Assembly: GCF_009914755.1 (NCBI RefSeq)
Contig: NC_060938.1
Direction: 5' to 3' (one strand)
Length of the DNA: 64,000 bases
Origin: the human T2T-CHM13v2.0 reference genome, Homo sapiens
A program made the position numbers and the translations under genes. Shown here one piece after another: positions 10,631 through 23,900 of this stretch. The notes beneath the pieces are model-generated. The model was not told where the DNA came from. It searched no databases and saw only the letters and a program-made list of their open reading frames with translations. Within the stretch, counting starts at the first letter, position 1; each line of letters starts with the position of its first letter.

Positions 10631-13502
10631 ATTTTAAAATCAAAGCAAATATGTCTTAAAAGAAGAATTTCATTTAAATACGTTCCAGGGATAAATCTAA
10701 CAACCAGGCCATGATTCTCAAAAGAACAGATGATGTAATTTCTTCCTATTTAAAAAATAGACAATTTAACTGGTGAACAAAAATCAGAATTTATCTGGTG
10801 AACACAAAATCAGAAAAAAGAGCGTTAGATGATATTAAAAATTACAAAATAAAAATTGTTAGATGATATTAAAGGTTTTTCTGAAACCATCTTCTCTCAA
10901 TAAGTATTTTAGAGATAACCATAATGTTCAACTTTGCCTTCTTTAGCTAAGGTCCTTGGATAACAGATCTCCTTTCTCTATGTTTCCATAGCACACCATC
11001 TGCCTTCTGTTCACAAAATCTCTTTCCAGAATAGTTAAGATAAATTGAGCTTCCTGTTAAATCGTTATAATTCTTCCAGTTCTACTTCCCTAAGATTATT
11101 TCTTAACCATCGTTTTCAAGTTTGGGTTATTTCCACTTCTTTTTTCCATTTGAAAATCATTCTAATATATACAGATTTGTATACATTGTAACTAATTTTA
11201 GCAAAAAAATTTCCTAGATATGGGCAAAAAACTATTCATGTAGGATTTTGAGGCATTTTGTTAGATTACCCTATATAATATTTGCTTCAATATTTGTTAT
11301 TAAAAGGAGTAGGTAAGAATGCTCATTTTCTGATGTAATTCATTATAATTTTTAATAAATGGTTATTATCTTACTATTTATTATATTTTTAAGATAGCCA
11401 AGTTAACATTTATATCTATTAGTCTTTAATATTAATTTGTTGAGGACTTGTGAAGCTAAATATATTTTTATATGTTTGTCATTTTTAGGTGGTAATTTAC
11501 CCTTTCCTGGTAAATTGCCTGATTTTGTTTTTGCCCAGGCACTTTTGTAAACTTGATTAATTTGTGGACAATTCTCTTATTGCTGAGAAAATCTGTTCTG
11601 TGAGCCTGAGGGCCTGGGCAGTGGTGAATTCACCTAGAGAAATATCTCAAGCTCCTGACCTCCCCAGCCAATACATTACTTCTTTAAACTGTGGTCCTTG
11701 ACATTTGAAATTAGAAGAAAAAATGTTGTATCTTGCCTTTCTACTCTGCTCTACATCCAGGACTTTTCCAGATCTTACCCACCACCTGTTCTCTTTCCAA
11801 CAACTGCAGAAATTTCTTGTTCTTACAATTAGCCACCTCCCAATCTTATTTTTTTCCTTCAAAATCCATGCCCATAAGCACTGGAAATAAATATGGCCAT
11901 TTCATTTTAATTGTCAACCTATATGTGCCGAGGCCTCCATCTTCGTTCAACCCCAATTCAAGAAATATGTTATATTTTGGTTCTCACTCTAAAATGTTTC
12001 TTTTAAAAGTTTCTGAGAGAATAAGTGATGTTAATTCAAACTGTTTCTAAAGAGCATATGTACTACAGTAAAATTTTATTTTTGTCCTTTAGCTGAAAAA
12101 CTGAACTATAGTGATGGATATTGCTGATTCTTCTTTTATTCTCAATAAAAATAAAATTCATGCTCAAATATTGTTTCTCAAAGCTGAGGATTTTTTTTTT
12201 AGGTCCTTTGTGTTACATATTTACTTGCTTCTCTCATTCCTTTCCCACATGGATTTTGAAGTCTTTTGAAATTCCCCTTGATATTTATTTTTGCCTTCCC
12301 TCAACACTCTATGTGTGTGACTAGTAAGAAATAATTCACAGAATCTCAAAAGTTCTTCAGTCACTGTCTTGAAGCAGAACGTTATTTAAATATATTTTAG
12401 AAGAGCTATTTGTAAAATGAGAATGGATGTCACACTAGGTTTATGGATGTTCTATATAGAGAGAAGATTTAGTCTTAGAAACTGTAGTGTTATCATTTTC
12501 AGATATTGACTAAGCTGTGGCAATTCTTCTCTATCAAAAAGAGATCATGTGAACATAATACAGCAGGTAAAAGTTTCTGAGTTTTGTGCTGAACCTAGAC
12601 CAAAAGGCCACAATAAAGTAAGATTTAGTGGGCATGTACTTCCCATGTCCTCCTCTCCTTTTACCACAAAGTTTTGATCAACCCCTTCCTGTAATTTCAA
12701 CCCTAAGCTCTAACCATAAGGATTTTCCAAAAGAGAGAGTACTTACTCTAACACAGTGGAAAAGTGTCCTATAATTTTCACTCATTCTTGTGTATCCTCT
12801 CCTGATATGGTTAATTTGTCCATGCCTAATCTTAATACGAGACATAAAAATTTTGATTACTTCCTTAGTTACTGTGATTGACAATTTTATTGACTTAGGG
12901 GCTTCAAAAACTTCAATTAAGCGTATTAAAAAGTTTGGATTTCTTGGGACCCTTGGTATCAAGGAATCTATGACTTCATGATTTTCTCCTTTACTTAAAA
13001 TAATTATTTTTCCTGGGTCTACTTCAAAGCCTTCCCTTGTCTTTCAGAGCTTTTGGCATAACAGTAGAACTTTTATGTCTTTTCCAAAGAATTTTTTTCC
13101 CTAGCTTTTATTAGAAAGTTATGTTGGGCCACTTTTTTATAGAATTCTATGTCTTGCTACTTTTAGCTGTTTTAAGCCTAGGAAAGTCTTATTGTGTTAA
13201 TCTGTTTGCATTGCTATAAAGGAAAACCTGAAACTGGGTAACTTTATAATAGAGATTTATTTTGGCTCATGGTTCTGTAGGCTGTACCTGAAGCATAGTG
13301 CTGGCATCTGCCTCCGGTAAGGACCTCAAGAAGCTTCCAGTCATGGCAGAAGGTGAAGGGGAGCCAGCATGTCACGTGGCGAGAGAAGGAGCAAGAGGGG
13401 TGGGATTTCCAGGCTCTTTTAAATAACCAGCTTTTGTGTGAACTACCAGAGTGATAACTCACCCATTACCATGGGCGTAACATCAAACCATTCATGAAGT
13501 AT

Positions 13503-13877
13503 TGTGTCAGTCCATTCTCACGTTGCTATGAAGAACTGCCTGAGACTGGGTAACTTATAAAGGAAAGAGACTTAATTAACTCGCAGTTCCACATGGCTGG
13601 GGAGGCCTCAGGAAACTTACAGTCATGGCAGAAGGGGAAGCAAACACATCCTTCTTCTTGGTGGCAAGAGAGAGAAGTGCAGAGCAAAGGGGGAAAAAGC
13701 CCCTTATAAAACTATCAGATTTTGTAAGAACTCACTCACTATCATGAGAACAGCATAGGGGAACCACCCTCATAATCTAACCACCCCCATAAGGTCCCTC
13801 CCCCAAGACATGGGGATTACAATTCAGATTACAATTCAAGATGAGGTCTGGTGGGGACACAGAGTCAGATCATATCA
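13503..13877 (-). mobile_element. THE1C/THE1D-type LTR (3' LTR of a truncated provirus)
   Basis: CAGTTCCACATGGCTGGGGAGGCCTCAGGAAACTTACAGTCATGGCAGAAGG...GGGGACACAGAGTCAGATCATATCA. Confidence 0.9.
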
Positions 13878-14273
13878 TTCTGCACCTGGCCCCTCCCAAA
13901 TCTCATCTTTCACACCTTTCAAAACACAATCATGCCTTCCCAGTGGTTCCCCAAAGTCTTATCTATTTCTACATTAACCCAAAAGTCCAAGTCTATAGTC
14001 TCATTTGAGACAAGGCAAGTCCCTTCCACCCATGAACCTGTAAAATCAAAAGCAAGTTAATTACTTCCTAGATACAATGGAGGTACAGGGATTGGGTAAG
14101 TACACCCATTCCAAATGGGAAAAATTGGCCAAAACAAAGGGGCTATAGGCTCCATGCAAGTCTGAAATCCAATGAGGCAGTAATGAAACCTTAAAGCTCT
14201 GAAATAATCTCCTTTGACTCCATGTCTCACATTCAGGTCACACTGATGCAAGAAGTGGGCAGCCTTGGGCAGC
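13878..14273 (-). mobile_element. THE1/MST internal sequence, 3' ~400 bp
   Basis: TTCTGCACCTGGCCCCTCCCAAATCTCAT...GAGACAAGGCAAGTCCCTTCCACC...CTCCTTTGACTCCATGTCTCACAT directly abutting the LTR. Confidence 0.9.
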
Positions 14274-14699
14274 TATATACCCCCATGATCCAAAAATCTC
14301 TTGCTAGGCCCCACCTCCAATACTGGGAATCACATTTAAACATGAAATGTGAAGGAGACAAATATCCCAACCCTATCACCTGTCACTAAGTCTTCATGGA
14401 GGTACAATTAAAGGGGAATGCAAGCTGTTATCCATGACCAATTTTTGATTTTCTTTATTCTCGTTTGTATTTTTCTGGTGCATATTATATTTTTTTCAGA
14501 TATTGCAAATACAAACAAGTGAAAAATTAGAAGATAGGAAAGAGGTTGGAAAATGATATCAAGTCTTCCAGTAGCAATAGAGGATCCAAATTGGATCCTT
14601 TCAGAAATTATTTACTTATGCTTTTAAAATAAGCCCTCATGGTATCTTCTTCTGGAATTCTTTCTTTACATCTCCTGCTTTTGTGAAGGGCCTTTATAA

Positions 14700-14860
14700 A
14701 ACCTTGCACATATTTTTATCATGAATACTCTATTATAATTGTTTGTTTCTGTTTCCTTGATGAAGCTGCATTTATTGAATTTAGGGCTGCATCATATGTT
14801 ACTGTATTCTAAGCTTCTAGCATAATACTTTTATACAGTAAATACAAACCAAGTGTTATC
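14700..14860 (+). mobile_element. L2 3' fragment
   Basis: Diverged ATTGTTTGTTT...ACTGTATTCTAAGCTTCTAGCATAATAC...CAGTAAATAC pattern. Confidence 0.45.
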
Positions 14861-14879
14861 TATTAAAAGTAATGGTTTT

Positions 14880-15110
14880 TGAGGGCTTTTCTCATGTTCT
14901 AATTGAGTACTACCCAAATGGAATTCTCATTTAATCCTTTTATGAACCTTAGGTGGGAAGTTCTATTATTGTACTCATTTTTGTGATGATGACCTGAAAT
15001 ATAGAGAGGAAAGTCAAACATCTTACCTGTTATGTGATACAGAAGTTTTAGAGCTAGGATTCAAACAAATGAGTCTGTCATCCCTGCGCATTGTTCTACA
15101 CTGTTCCTCA
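14880..15110 (-). mobile_element. MIR SINE
   Basis: TCTCATTTAATCCT...CTATTATTGTACTCATTTT...AGAGAGGAAAG...GAGCTAGGATTCAAAC, the MIR core. Confidence 0.7.
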
Positions 15111-15436
15111 GCATGAGCGAATGCATGGACAAATGAATGATGCTTCCAGATTAACTTCAACTTAAATCTACAAATGTCTCAAAAATACTATTTTTACTAC
15201 TGGTTCCAGTTTACAACTGTAGACCTGTTATCAGATTAATAAGGCTGCAGCAATATTGAGATTTCTCTCATTTTTCTTTGTTGGACATGCTGATGGATAT
15301 TTAAATATCTCAAAGGCAACCAGAAAACCAGAAGAAAGAAATTTAAAAAGAAACATAGTCATCTAATAAACCTAATACTTAGCCCTCAGTATTTGAAATT
15401 TTCTGGCCTTCTAGTTAATTCTATATTGATTTGGCA

Positions 15437-15782
15437 TGTTAGTATGGTTTGAATGCCCTCACCAAAACTCATTTTAAAATGTAATTGCCCTTGTAATGGT
15501 ATCAGGCAGTGAGTCCTTTAAGAGGTGATTAATTCAGGAGGGTTTCATCCTCATAAATAGATGAATACTGTTATTGTGGGAGTTTGTTCCCCTTTCCCTC
15601 TCTATCTCAAGCATGTACTACTTTGCCATGTGATGCCTTCCACTATAGGAAAACCCTTGCCAGATGTCAGTGCCATGGTCTTGGATCTTCCAGCCACCTG
15701 AAGTGTGACCCAAATAAGCTTCTATTCTTGATTAATTACCTGGCCTCTGGTATCCTGTCATAGCAGCAGACAGAGTAAGACA
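15437..15782 (+). mobile_element. MaLR LTR, MSTC/MSTD-like
   Basis: TATGGTTTGAATGCCCTCACCAAAACTCAT...CCTTTAAGAGGTGATTA...GCCATGTGATGCCTTCCAC...ATAGCAGCAGACAGAGTAAGACA. Confidence 0.8.
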
Positions 15783-17998
15783 CATGTATACTCAGTTTGC
15801 TTATAACCTTCATATCTAGGGCCTTTATTATTCTGTGTTTTAATCTGGTGATGGTCATGCTCATCTTGACCTTTCCTTAGGCTTTTGTTTAAGTGCAGAC
15901 TGTTTCTGGTGAGAACTTTAAGTGGATACTATTTGGGATTATAGTACCTGCAAAGCCTCTGAAATACATTATAAAGAACAATGGCTCTGATAAAGTATTC
16001 ACAGCTTTTAAAAAATGTATTCATTTATGACTGCTGAGCATTGCTGAGCAGTAGGTTTATTTAAAGTTAAATTACCATTATATTCCCTTGCCTCTGTTCA
16101 TTTCGAAGCAGTAGGATATTGTAGCCAGACTTCCCTTGAGCAATCAAAAAATAAGCCTGTATAAAACTCAGATATTTAACTGATTGCTGCAAACAATTGC
16201 TTTGAAAATGCAATGGCATTTTTGATGAAAGGCCAACAAGTAAAATTTTCTATCAAATTCATTCTTACAGGAATAACTTTTTCACTTGTTAGTCTAATTG
16301 AATGATATGAATGTATTCAGAAAATTCTCAAATGAATTCATTTTGCAGTCTGAAAGCACAAATAGCATATTATAAAATTTATAATAAATGGGGTTAAAAA
16401 GGAAGTTAGGACTACAATGCCACATGAGTTTTGCCTAGGTTCCTGATTAACTCTTTCATTGTATAGCGTCCTTTGTGATTGCTCGTAAGATGGCAGAAGA
16501 CTTTATGACATGCAGCAAGAAGATAACCTATAAGATCCTTTGTACAGTTCTTTAGGCTGCTGCTACTTTAAATTGGACTGCCAGCTGGCATCTGGGAGCT
16601 CAGCTCTGCAATATTTTAAGACTGACAGACTGGAGAAACTGACGATTAGAGCTCAGCATTTAAGGTACTTCATATGTAGGGACATTTGTGCAGAAGATTC
16701 TTCTTAGTGACTATAAAGAAAGTCACTCTTCCATTATTTGAAGAAATAACCAAAGTATCTGTTATTTCTTTGCTATTAATTTAACTCTAATTTCAAAAAT
16801 TTTACTCAAGTGTGTTTAAATCCAATTGTGGAGAGGATGGCAATAACAATCCAATTGTAAAACTCTAAACTATTTTAAAAATTGATGCACAAACCTAAAC
16901 ATTTGACCAAATTATATACATTTAAAAATTATATTTCATATTGAAGCAATGGAAAATGCCTATTTTGGGGGTATGTCTACAAAATTGCTGAAACTTTCTT
17001 GTTGTAATAAAATCTTATCATCTAATATAAATAGCTCTACAAACAACTTTTGACTTTGTTTCTTATCCTATATACTTGAGAAAGTCAATATCTAGATTAA
17101 GATATTTTATATTCCTAAAAGTAATGTTTCCCTATTTTCATATCTGCAAATCAAATAGCATATTTAGGTTATCAGCAAAGGCAATTGAATATACTTCTCC
17201 ATTAGAGTTCTGTAGTTATGATAAAATTTGAGGGAGACGAATGAAAACTGTCAAATATGATATATCTTTAATCTTGGAGAGAAAAGTATAAAAACTGACT
17301 TATATAAACACTGAATACACAAGTAATAGCTAAAGAAAAAAAAACAATTTCCTTCTGTCTGCCTCCAAAGATTAGGACTTTATTCCAAATAGTAAATACT
17401 TCTAGCTCGTGTTAAAACAGATATGAACATTATTTATATCATAAGAATGGTTAATAAATCTTAGAACATCTAGCTTGACTGAATAAGGATGTTTCCACCC
17501 TAGTTTTAAAAATACATTGAAAATAATATACTAGCATAACATTTAACATCATAAAAATAAAACATTAAAAATATTATTTTATACTTTTGTTAGCATTTTA
17601 GATTATTTAACTTTAATTGACCAGGCTGCCATTTAAGCCAATGTTTACTGGGATTGTGAATTTTTCCTCTATTCCTTCTATCATAAGTAAAGAATTGCTG
17701 ATCAGAGGGTATTTGTGTTGCACTGAATTGCATGTAGGTAGAGGGTGATCCAGGAGAGTAGAGTTGGATTGATCAAAAACTTATTCTTTAACCATGTTTT
17801 TCTTAAGATATATGATTTTGAAAATTTGCAGAAGATATTTTTTGTTTTATCATGCGTTTTCCAAACGCATGGTCTATTTCTGTTAAGGAGTTTGTACTTT
17901 AACAATGAAACATATTTGTATTTACTACTAATCATGTACACCTGTTTGTGTACATATATATGTATAAATGTGTGTGAGTGTATGTGTGGGTGTGTATG

Positions 17999-18807
17999 CA
18001 GCAGGTCATTGAATAACATTGTTTCCTTTAACATGATGAGGAAAAAATATTAATTCTCAGCCAAGGTCGTGTGTGTGGAGTTTGCATGTTCTTCCTATGT
18101 CTGTATAAGTTTTCCCTGGTTACTATTCCAATGTCCTCCCACATCCCAAAGCTATGTATGTCAGTTGAATTGGCCTGCCTATATGGTCCCAGTCTGAATG
18201 AGTGTGTGTGAGTGTGACCTGTGTTGGAATGGTGTCCTGTCCGGGGATGATTCCCACCTTACGTTCTGAGTTGCTAGGATAGGCCAAGGTCACTCATGAC
18301 CCTGAACTGACATAAGTGGGTTGGAAAAATTGAATTAATAAATAAATATAAATTATACTATTATAAAAATTCATAAAGATACAATAATTATGTATTGACA
18401 ATAAACAATGAGGTATGGAAGTGCTCAGCATGGCTGCCACATTTGATATTGTCTTCGAACTGAATTGTGGTTTTTGCTTTGCAAACATTTATTCCTTGAT
18501 TTAACACACCACCATTATAACTGCTGTAACTCACTGATTCACCAAAAATTGAGTAAATAATCATCTTACTTGTTTTTATTAATCTTTCTTAAATATATGT
18601 ATATCTCACATTTATTTCAAGATTTAATATTAAAAGTTTTTGGGGTCTTTATTTAGAAGCTGGTGATGTCTTTGTGACCAGAAATATGCCATAGGATCTT
18701 AACTCTTGTTTATATCAATTAGCCTATGGTAAAATTCGTTATATGCTGTTTCTCTTAAAGTCACAGTTTCCAAGAACCTATCCACAAAGATAAGTGAGGT
18801 CTTACTA
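17999..18807 (+). mobile_element. MER6 (TcMar-Tigger) near full length
   Basis: Starts CAGCAGGTCATTGAATAAC, contains GTGTGGAGTTTGCATGTTCTTCCTATGTCTG...TCCTCCCACATCCCAAAG, and ends CAAGAACCTATC...TAAGTGAGGTCTTACT. Confidence 0.88.
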
Positions 18808-18815
18808 TATATGTA

Positions 18816-19152
18816 CAGTGATGTGCTGCATAATGACATTCTGGTGAAAATTGAAACATGTATGTGACAGTGCTCTCATAAGATTATAATACCATATTTT
18901 TACCATATCTTTTCTATGTTTACATATGTTGAGATATACAGGTGCTTATAATTGTGTTACAATTGCCTACAGTATTCAGTACAGTAATATGCTATATAGG
19001 CTTGTAGCCGAGAAGCAAGAGGCTATACCATATAGCCTAGGTGTGCTGTAGGCTATGCCATCTAAGTATACTCTATCATGTTTACCCTATGATGAAATTG
19101 CCTAACGTGCGTTTCTTAGACCATGTCTACATTGTTAAGTGATGCATGATCA
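18816..19152 (+). mobile_element. Tigger3a/MER7A full length with TA flanks
   Basis: TA|CAGTGATGTGCTGCATAATGAC ... GTTAAGTGATGCATGATCA|TA degenerate terminal inverted repeats. Internal homology to 8228-8495. Confidence 0.88.
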
Positions 19153-20854
19153 TATATGAATGTATGAGGTTTTCCATAAGATCCTAAGAAGGAATTTTCA
19201 AAAGTAATTATGAAATTAAATTGCTTTTTCTGAAATAACATACTTATACAATAGTTGTAAAGCATTTTGGCTGTCAGTAACTAGTCAGCAATGTGTGATT
19301 TAGTTTATATTTTCATTTCTTTGTGTTTTTAGGCAAAGCATTTTCTATTTAAATCAGATAAGCATTTTCTAATGTGCCAAGACTTTACTTAATTGACTGG
19401 GCATATGGTGACTTAATTCACCTATCCGTCTCATGCCCCAATTTTAGACATGTTCTATTAGCAAGGATTATTTTCCCCATCTTGTAAACTGAGCATCTTA
19501 AGTCTGCATCTCTGCTTTACTTTTTTAACTATGATATAATATCCAAAACTGCTACTGGAAAGGATTAAAATGCTGTTAAGCAGAACAAGGACACCTCTTT
19601 TTGTAGAATCTTTGAAATTTAAACAGCTATTGCTAGTGAAAAGGATAATTTCCTTCTGCTTGCCTCCAAAAATTATTGCATATTTCAAATGGTAAAAGAG
19701 AAAGACTCTTACTTTGCTGCTTTTGATTAGGAAAAGCAATCATGGGCAGATGAAAGATCAGAAGAACCTCTACAAATATTCTTTATTCAGATGTAATGGA
19801 AGTTTGGGCTTTTGAACTAATTAAAGATGCTTTTCACTGCAAGTCACTATTTCTTGGGTGCTGAATATCAATTCAAACCTGGATTGAAAGTCAGATATGT
19901 GCACAAATCTCATACTGGCTCAAGCAGGTCCAAAATATTCCAGCAACTCATTTAAGCATTGAGAGCCATGTTTTCATCTCACTCTGAGGTTTTTAAGCTG
20001 CCAACAAACTGGAGAGGGATTTTACCCTGAGATGTCATTCATAACACAGATGCCAGAGTCAGCTACTGACATCCCTGGCTAGTTCTGTGGAACTCCAGTC
20101 AACAGCTGGTTGCTTGGGCTGCCAAAACAATCCACAATGTTTTGAGCTCCTGCCTTCCTTTTCTCTTTCCAGGCTTTGCAGAGAGATGGGAAACAAATAG
20201 TCATTCAATTTCCACGGTTGTAAAGAAAACTAAAATTTGCCAGTTAAGACGGTTTTGCTGCTTGGAGGAAGGAAGATACATTTTTAGTAATGGAATTGTG
20301 GACACCATTAGCTTGAGGGTCACATTTGAGCAAATAATTAAAAGGGGCCCTCCTTTTGGAAGATGTAGGTAGGATCTTAGGAGCAAGGCTGGGCCATCAG
20401 CTATCATTTGTGTGTGAAAAATATGCTTCATCCTGCAAGTAGAGAGACATAAGCTTGCATACCCTGCTCACCTTATGACCATTGTATGTGGTAAACCTGA
20501 ATCTCAGAGGCCTTTATGGCACAGTTGAATTTCTTTCATAGGAACAATAGAAGCAACATCTGTACTACCTTTGGGTCTTCTTAACTTAGTCACCCATATC
20601 TGTTCTTATTCTAATGACCCCGACATCCACTTTTAAATATCAATAGGAAAAAGCCATTGATGTATGTCATTTTTCCTCCTAACTAATGAGCTAAAATATC
20701 AGGTGTGTATAAGTAGGAATCCAACATGATCTGATCTGCATTTTATTATATTATCATATATTTAGCTTTAGTTTAAAAATGTAGTGGGTTATAAGAAATA
20801 ATAAAAGCATTCCAAAATTAGACTCCAACACTTAAAAATACGTCAACACAACAC

Positions 20855-20950
20855 AATAGCTTGTAAAGCTATTGAGGGTCCTTGTCTTATTTACTGCTGT
20901 ATCACCAGTGTCTATTCTGTTGCTGTGTGTTTAATAAATATTATTGGCAG
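20855..20950 (+). mobile_element. L2 3' end fragment
   Basis: TGAGGGTCCTTGTCTTATTTACTGCTGTATCACCAGTGTCTA...TTAATAAATATT. Confidence 0.6.
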
Positions 20951-23900
20951 AAGGGAGGAAAAGAGAGAGGGAAAGACTTAAAAAGCTTTTTAAAATGTGG
21001 TAAATTTAGAAATTAAAATCAACCAGATTTTTTAAAGGTGTAAGATAGTTTTTAATTGCAGAAGATTTAAATAAAATTTTAATCCAAAAGGTAAAGATCA
21101 TGATCTTTGATCTACCTGTTACTGTTAAAATAAGTATTTTACTGAGAGAAAAGCAAATGCACTAAAAACAAAGTAAAATGTCATCTGGTCATATTGAGTG
21201 AGCCTCATATTATGGGATGATAACTAAAAATTCAAAGGCCAGATGGCTTATAACAAGAAAGATAAAACAGTTATTATAGGGAATTAGATGTAAATCAACA
21301 CCACATTATAGCCAAATGCCATAGAACTGATAGCAGCAACACATAAAAAGAGGAAATAGAATTTTTTTTTAAATGTTGAAAGTTTAGGGTTTGAAAATAG
21401 TCTACAATTTATAGTGTCAAATAATCTATTTCATTCACATTTTTACTTTCAGTAAATTATGTTTATTGATTATCTATTAATATATCAAAAATCCTCTTTT
21501 AAAGAATGTGATTACAACTATAATTATAGCAGGAGAATCAACCGGAACTCAGAGGTATTGGAGTGAGAGTATAAATTGGTCACTTTGACCCAGAGGAAAC
21601 ACGAATCCAAGCTGCTGCTACTGTTGTGGGATGTCCTGGGATATAATTTAATGCATGAAGAAAATGTACTTTGGAGAGACAATGAAAAGCTTGTCTCCAG
21701 AGAGACTTTATCTGTAATTGCGTTTTATGTGCTGGAACTACAAGACAAAGGCAAGGGCATTGATGAAGCGTTGAGTGAGCTAAAGGGGAAATCTGCCTAC
21801 GACCAGAGTGGCCTTAGGAAACCAAGCCTCAGCAAAACCATGCAGTATGTAATGCTGCAAATTTAATAATCCTTATTCATGATGTACTTGGGAGCGTTTA
21901 ACACATTTTCAATAGGATAATTAAACTGCAACATGTAAGGTGCCATGAGAAAATAATAATTATGATAGTGGTTACTATTTTTATATTTAAATTAGGAAAT
22001 TTCTCTATGTTAGTAAGCTGTACGCATAAAGAGAGAGATGATGGCAGCAGTGGGGAAAAGTGTACATGTGGAAAATTTTTTGTATAGTAAGGCTAGCTGG
22101 TGACAAGTTTCAACTGAGATGTTTCAACCCAGTAAAAAATTGTTTTCCATAGGGAGAATACGTCTTCCAATGCCATACCCTTGAGAACAAAATTCTTGAC
22201 TGTCAAGATATTTGGACCCCCAAGTTTAGTATTAGCTACCTGTCTTTGTGGCTGAGATCTTAATACATTAGTATATTAGGTAGACATTTAATAACACTAT
22301 AAAAATAAAACACTGAGTTCTTCTAGAAAAGATGGACTTATATAGACATCTAGCTTTTCTACCAAAAAAAAAAAAACCCTTAAAATATCAATTTATGATG
22401 GTGGTCTTCAACAGAAGATGATTTGTTTTACTTCTTTTGAGACCTGTCACTTTAGACGAACTTGTCAGCCTACGTTGTGTAGCTGTGTGCATGTCTATGT
22501 GAAAGGGGATGAAACATTTTTATTAATCTGTTAAAGAGAAATTCTAAATCCATTTATTATTTCTCTTAAATTTTATGGCAGGCATACACATTTAAATCCA
22601 AATAATACTTTTCAATTGATTTCCTTCCCCTACCACATGGCAGAGATGGCCTCTGACAATCACAATACAGGAAGTGCTAGAGACCATAGCAACAGTGAAA
22701 TGCTACCTATTTTAAATTTATACTATTGAGTATTTTGTATGCCATCTGTATTTTTGAATGAACACTGCACTCTGATACACTGTTAGATTCTGTGAGGACA
22801 TCAAATAAATATGGGATTATTTTTGTCCCTAAGGCATGAGCAGTTTTGCTTCAGTTTTCTGAAATAAAAATATGATGCAGCCCTGAATTGGTTAACTTTC
22901 AGGTGAGAGTAGGATTTATTTTTCCCTAAAGATCTTATAAAAGATTTCAGTTTCAGACAGTTCCACTAGGTAGAAAGATTGAATGGATATGCACATGGAT
23001 TTAGTGGAATGGGGAAGAATGGAACTTTGAAAAAGAGAAGGTGAGGAAAATACCAGAATCCAAGTACTTCATTAAGAAACATAGAGTGATGCCAGCTAAG
23101 AGATTGAAAGTCTGTAAAACTAGCTTATGACAAGATCAAGGGCACATTTGTTTGTCATTTCTATTTCTCAGTTCCATGGCAAAAATAAATTCCTAATGCA
23201 TTTTTACAGATTGGCTTCCCTATAGATTTTATTGGCTGCCTTTAAACCATTGATTTGAGAATTCAGTCACTTCTTTTTAATCTTTCACAATTTGTTAAGT
23301 TTGTCTAAGGCTGAGGATAAAGGTTAGGATGGAGCGTTGACACTCCTTTCATACCCAGGGAGCCACGTTAAATGGAGATTTCTAGAGTAGCCACTGGCAC
23401 ACATCAAGATAAGAATTCTGTGTTTTCCATAATAGGAAAGAACAGATAAGTTACCTGCATATCAACACAGAATGAATTATAAAATGGATTCCGAAACAGA
23501 AAGATTGCAAAAACATTGTGTGGATATGTGTATTAACAGCCAGCACCTTGTGAATACATTTAAACATTGGAATAGTTTAACCTGGGGGCATGTAATTGGC
23601 ATTTATTCCCTAAAAAGTCCCCAATGCTCAACAAGGAGAATAAAGGAATATGGAAGTATGGATGGACAAAATATAGAGAATTTACTAACTTTTAGTATAA
23701 TTATTACTACTAGAAAGGGGGCAGGAGAAAGGATGAGAGTTGCTAATCAACCAGATATAGATTTTTCAGAGAGGAAAATATATAGTCTATATGAGAGTGT
23801 GTAAAACTACAGTGCAGATATAAAGTATGCATACTTTTGGCATTTTCTGATTTTCAAAATTCAGCTATAGCATCTGAATGTAACCTGGGATTTTATTTCT

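Larger units (their letters stand above)
13193..14378 (-). mobile_element. MSTB-like MaLR LTR, split into 13193-13502 and 14274-14378 by a THE1 insertion
   Basis: TTTGGCTCATGGTTCTGTAGGCTGTAC...GCATAGTGCTGGCATCTGC...CCATTCATGA, resuming CCCCCATGATCCAA...GGCCCCACCTCCAATACTGGGAATCACATTT...CCCTATCA. Confidence 0.85.

Noticed and set aside
14581-14599. Palindrome AGGATCCAA-A-TTGGATCCT
   Set aside because: A single 9-bp-arm palindrome is compatible with chance in 64 kb.
20150-20372. Strong polypyrimidine-AG acceptor-like site at ~20172 with an open frame
   Set aside because: No partner exon or recognisable peptide. Such sites occur often by chance.
23472-23804. 110-aa ATG-initiated ORF
   Set aside because: No recognisable domain or splice context, and part of it resembles very decayed L1 3' sequence.
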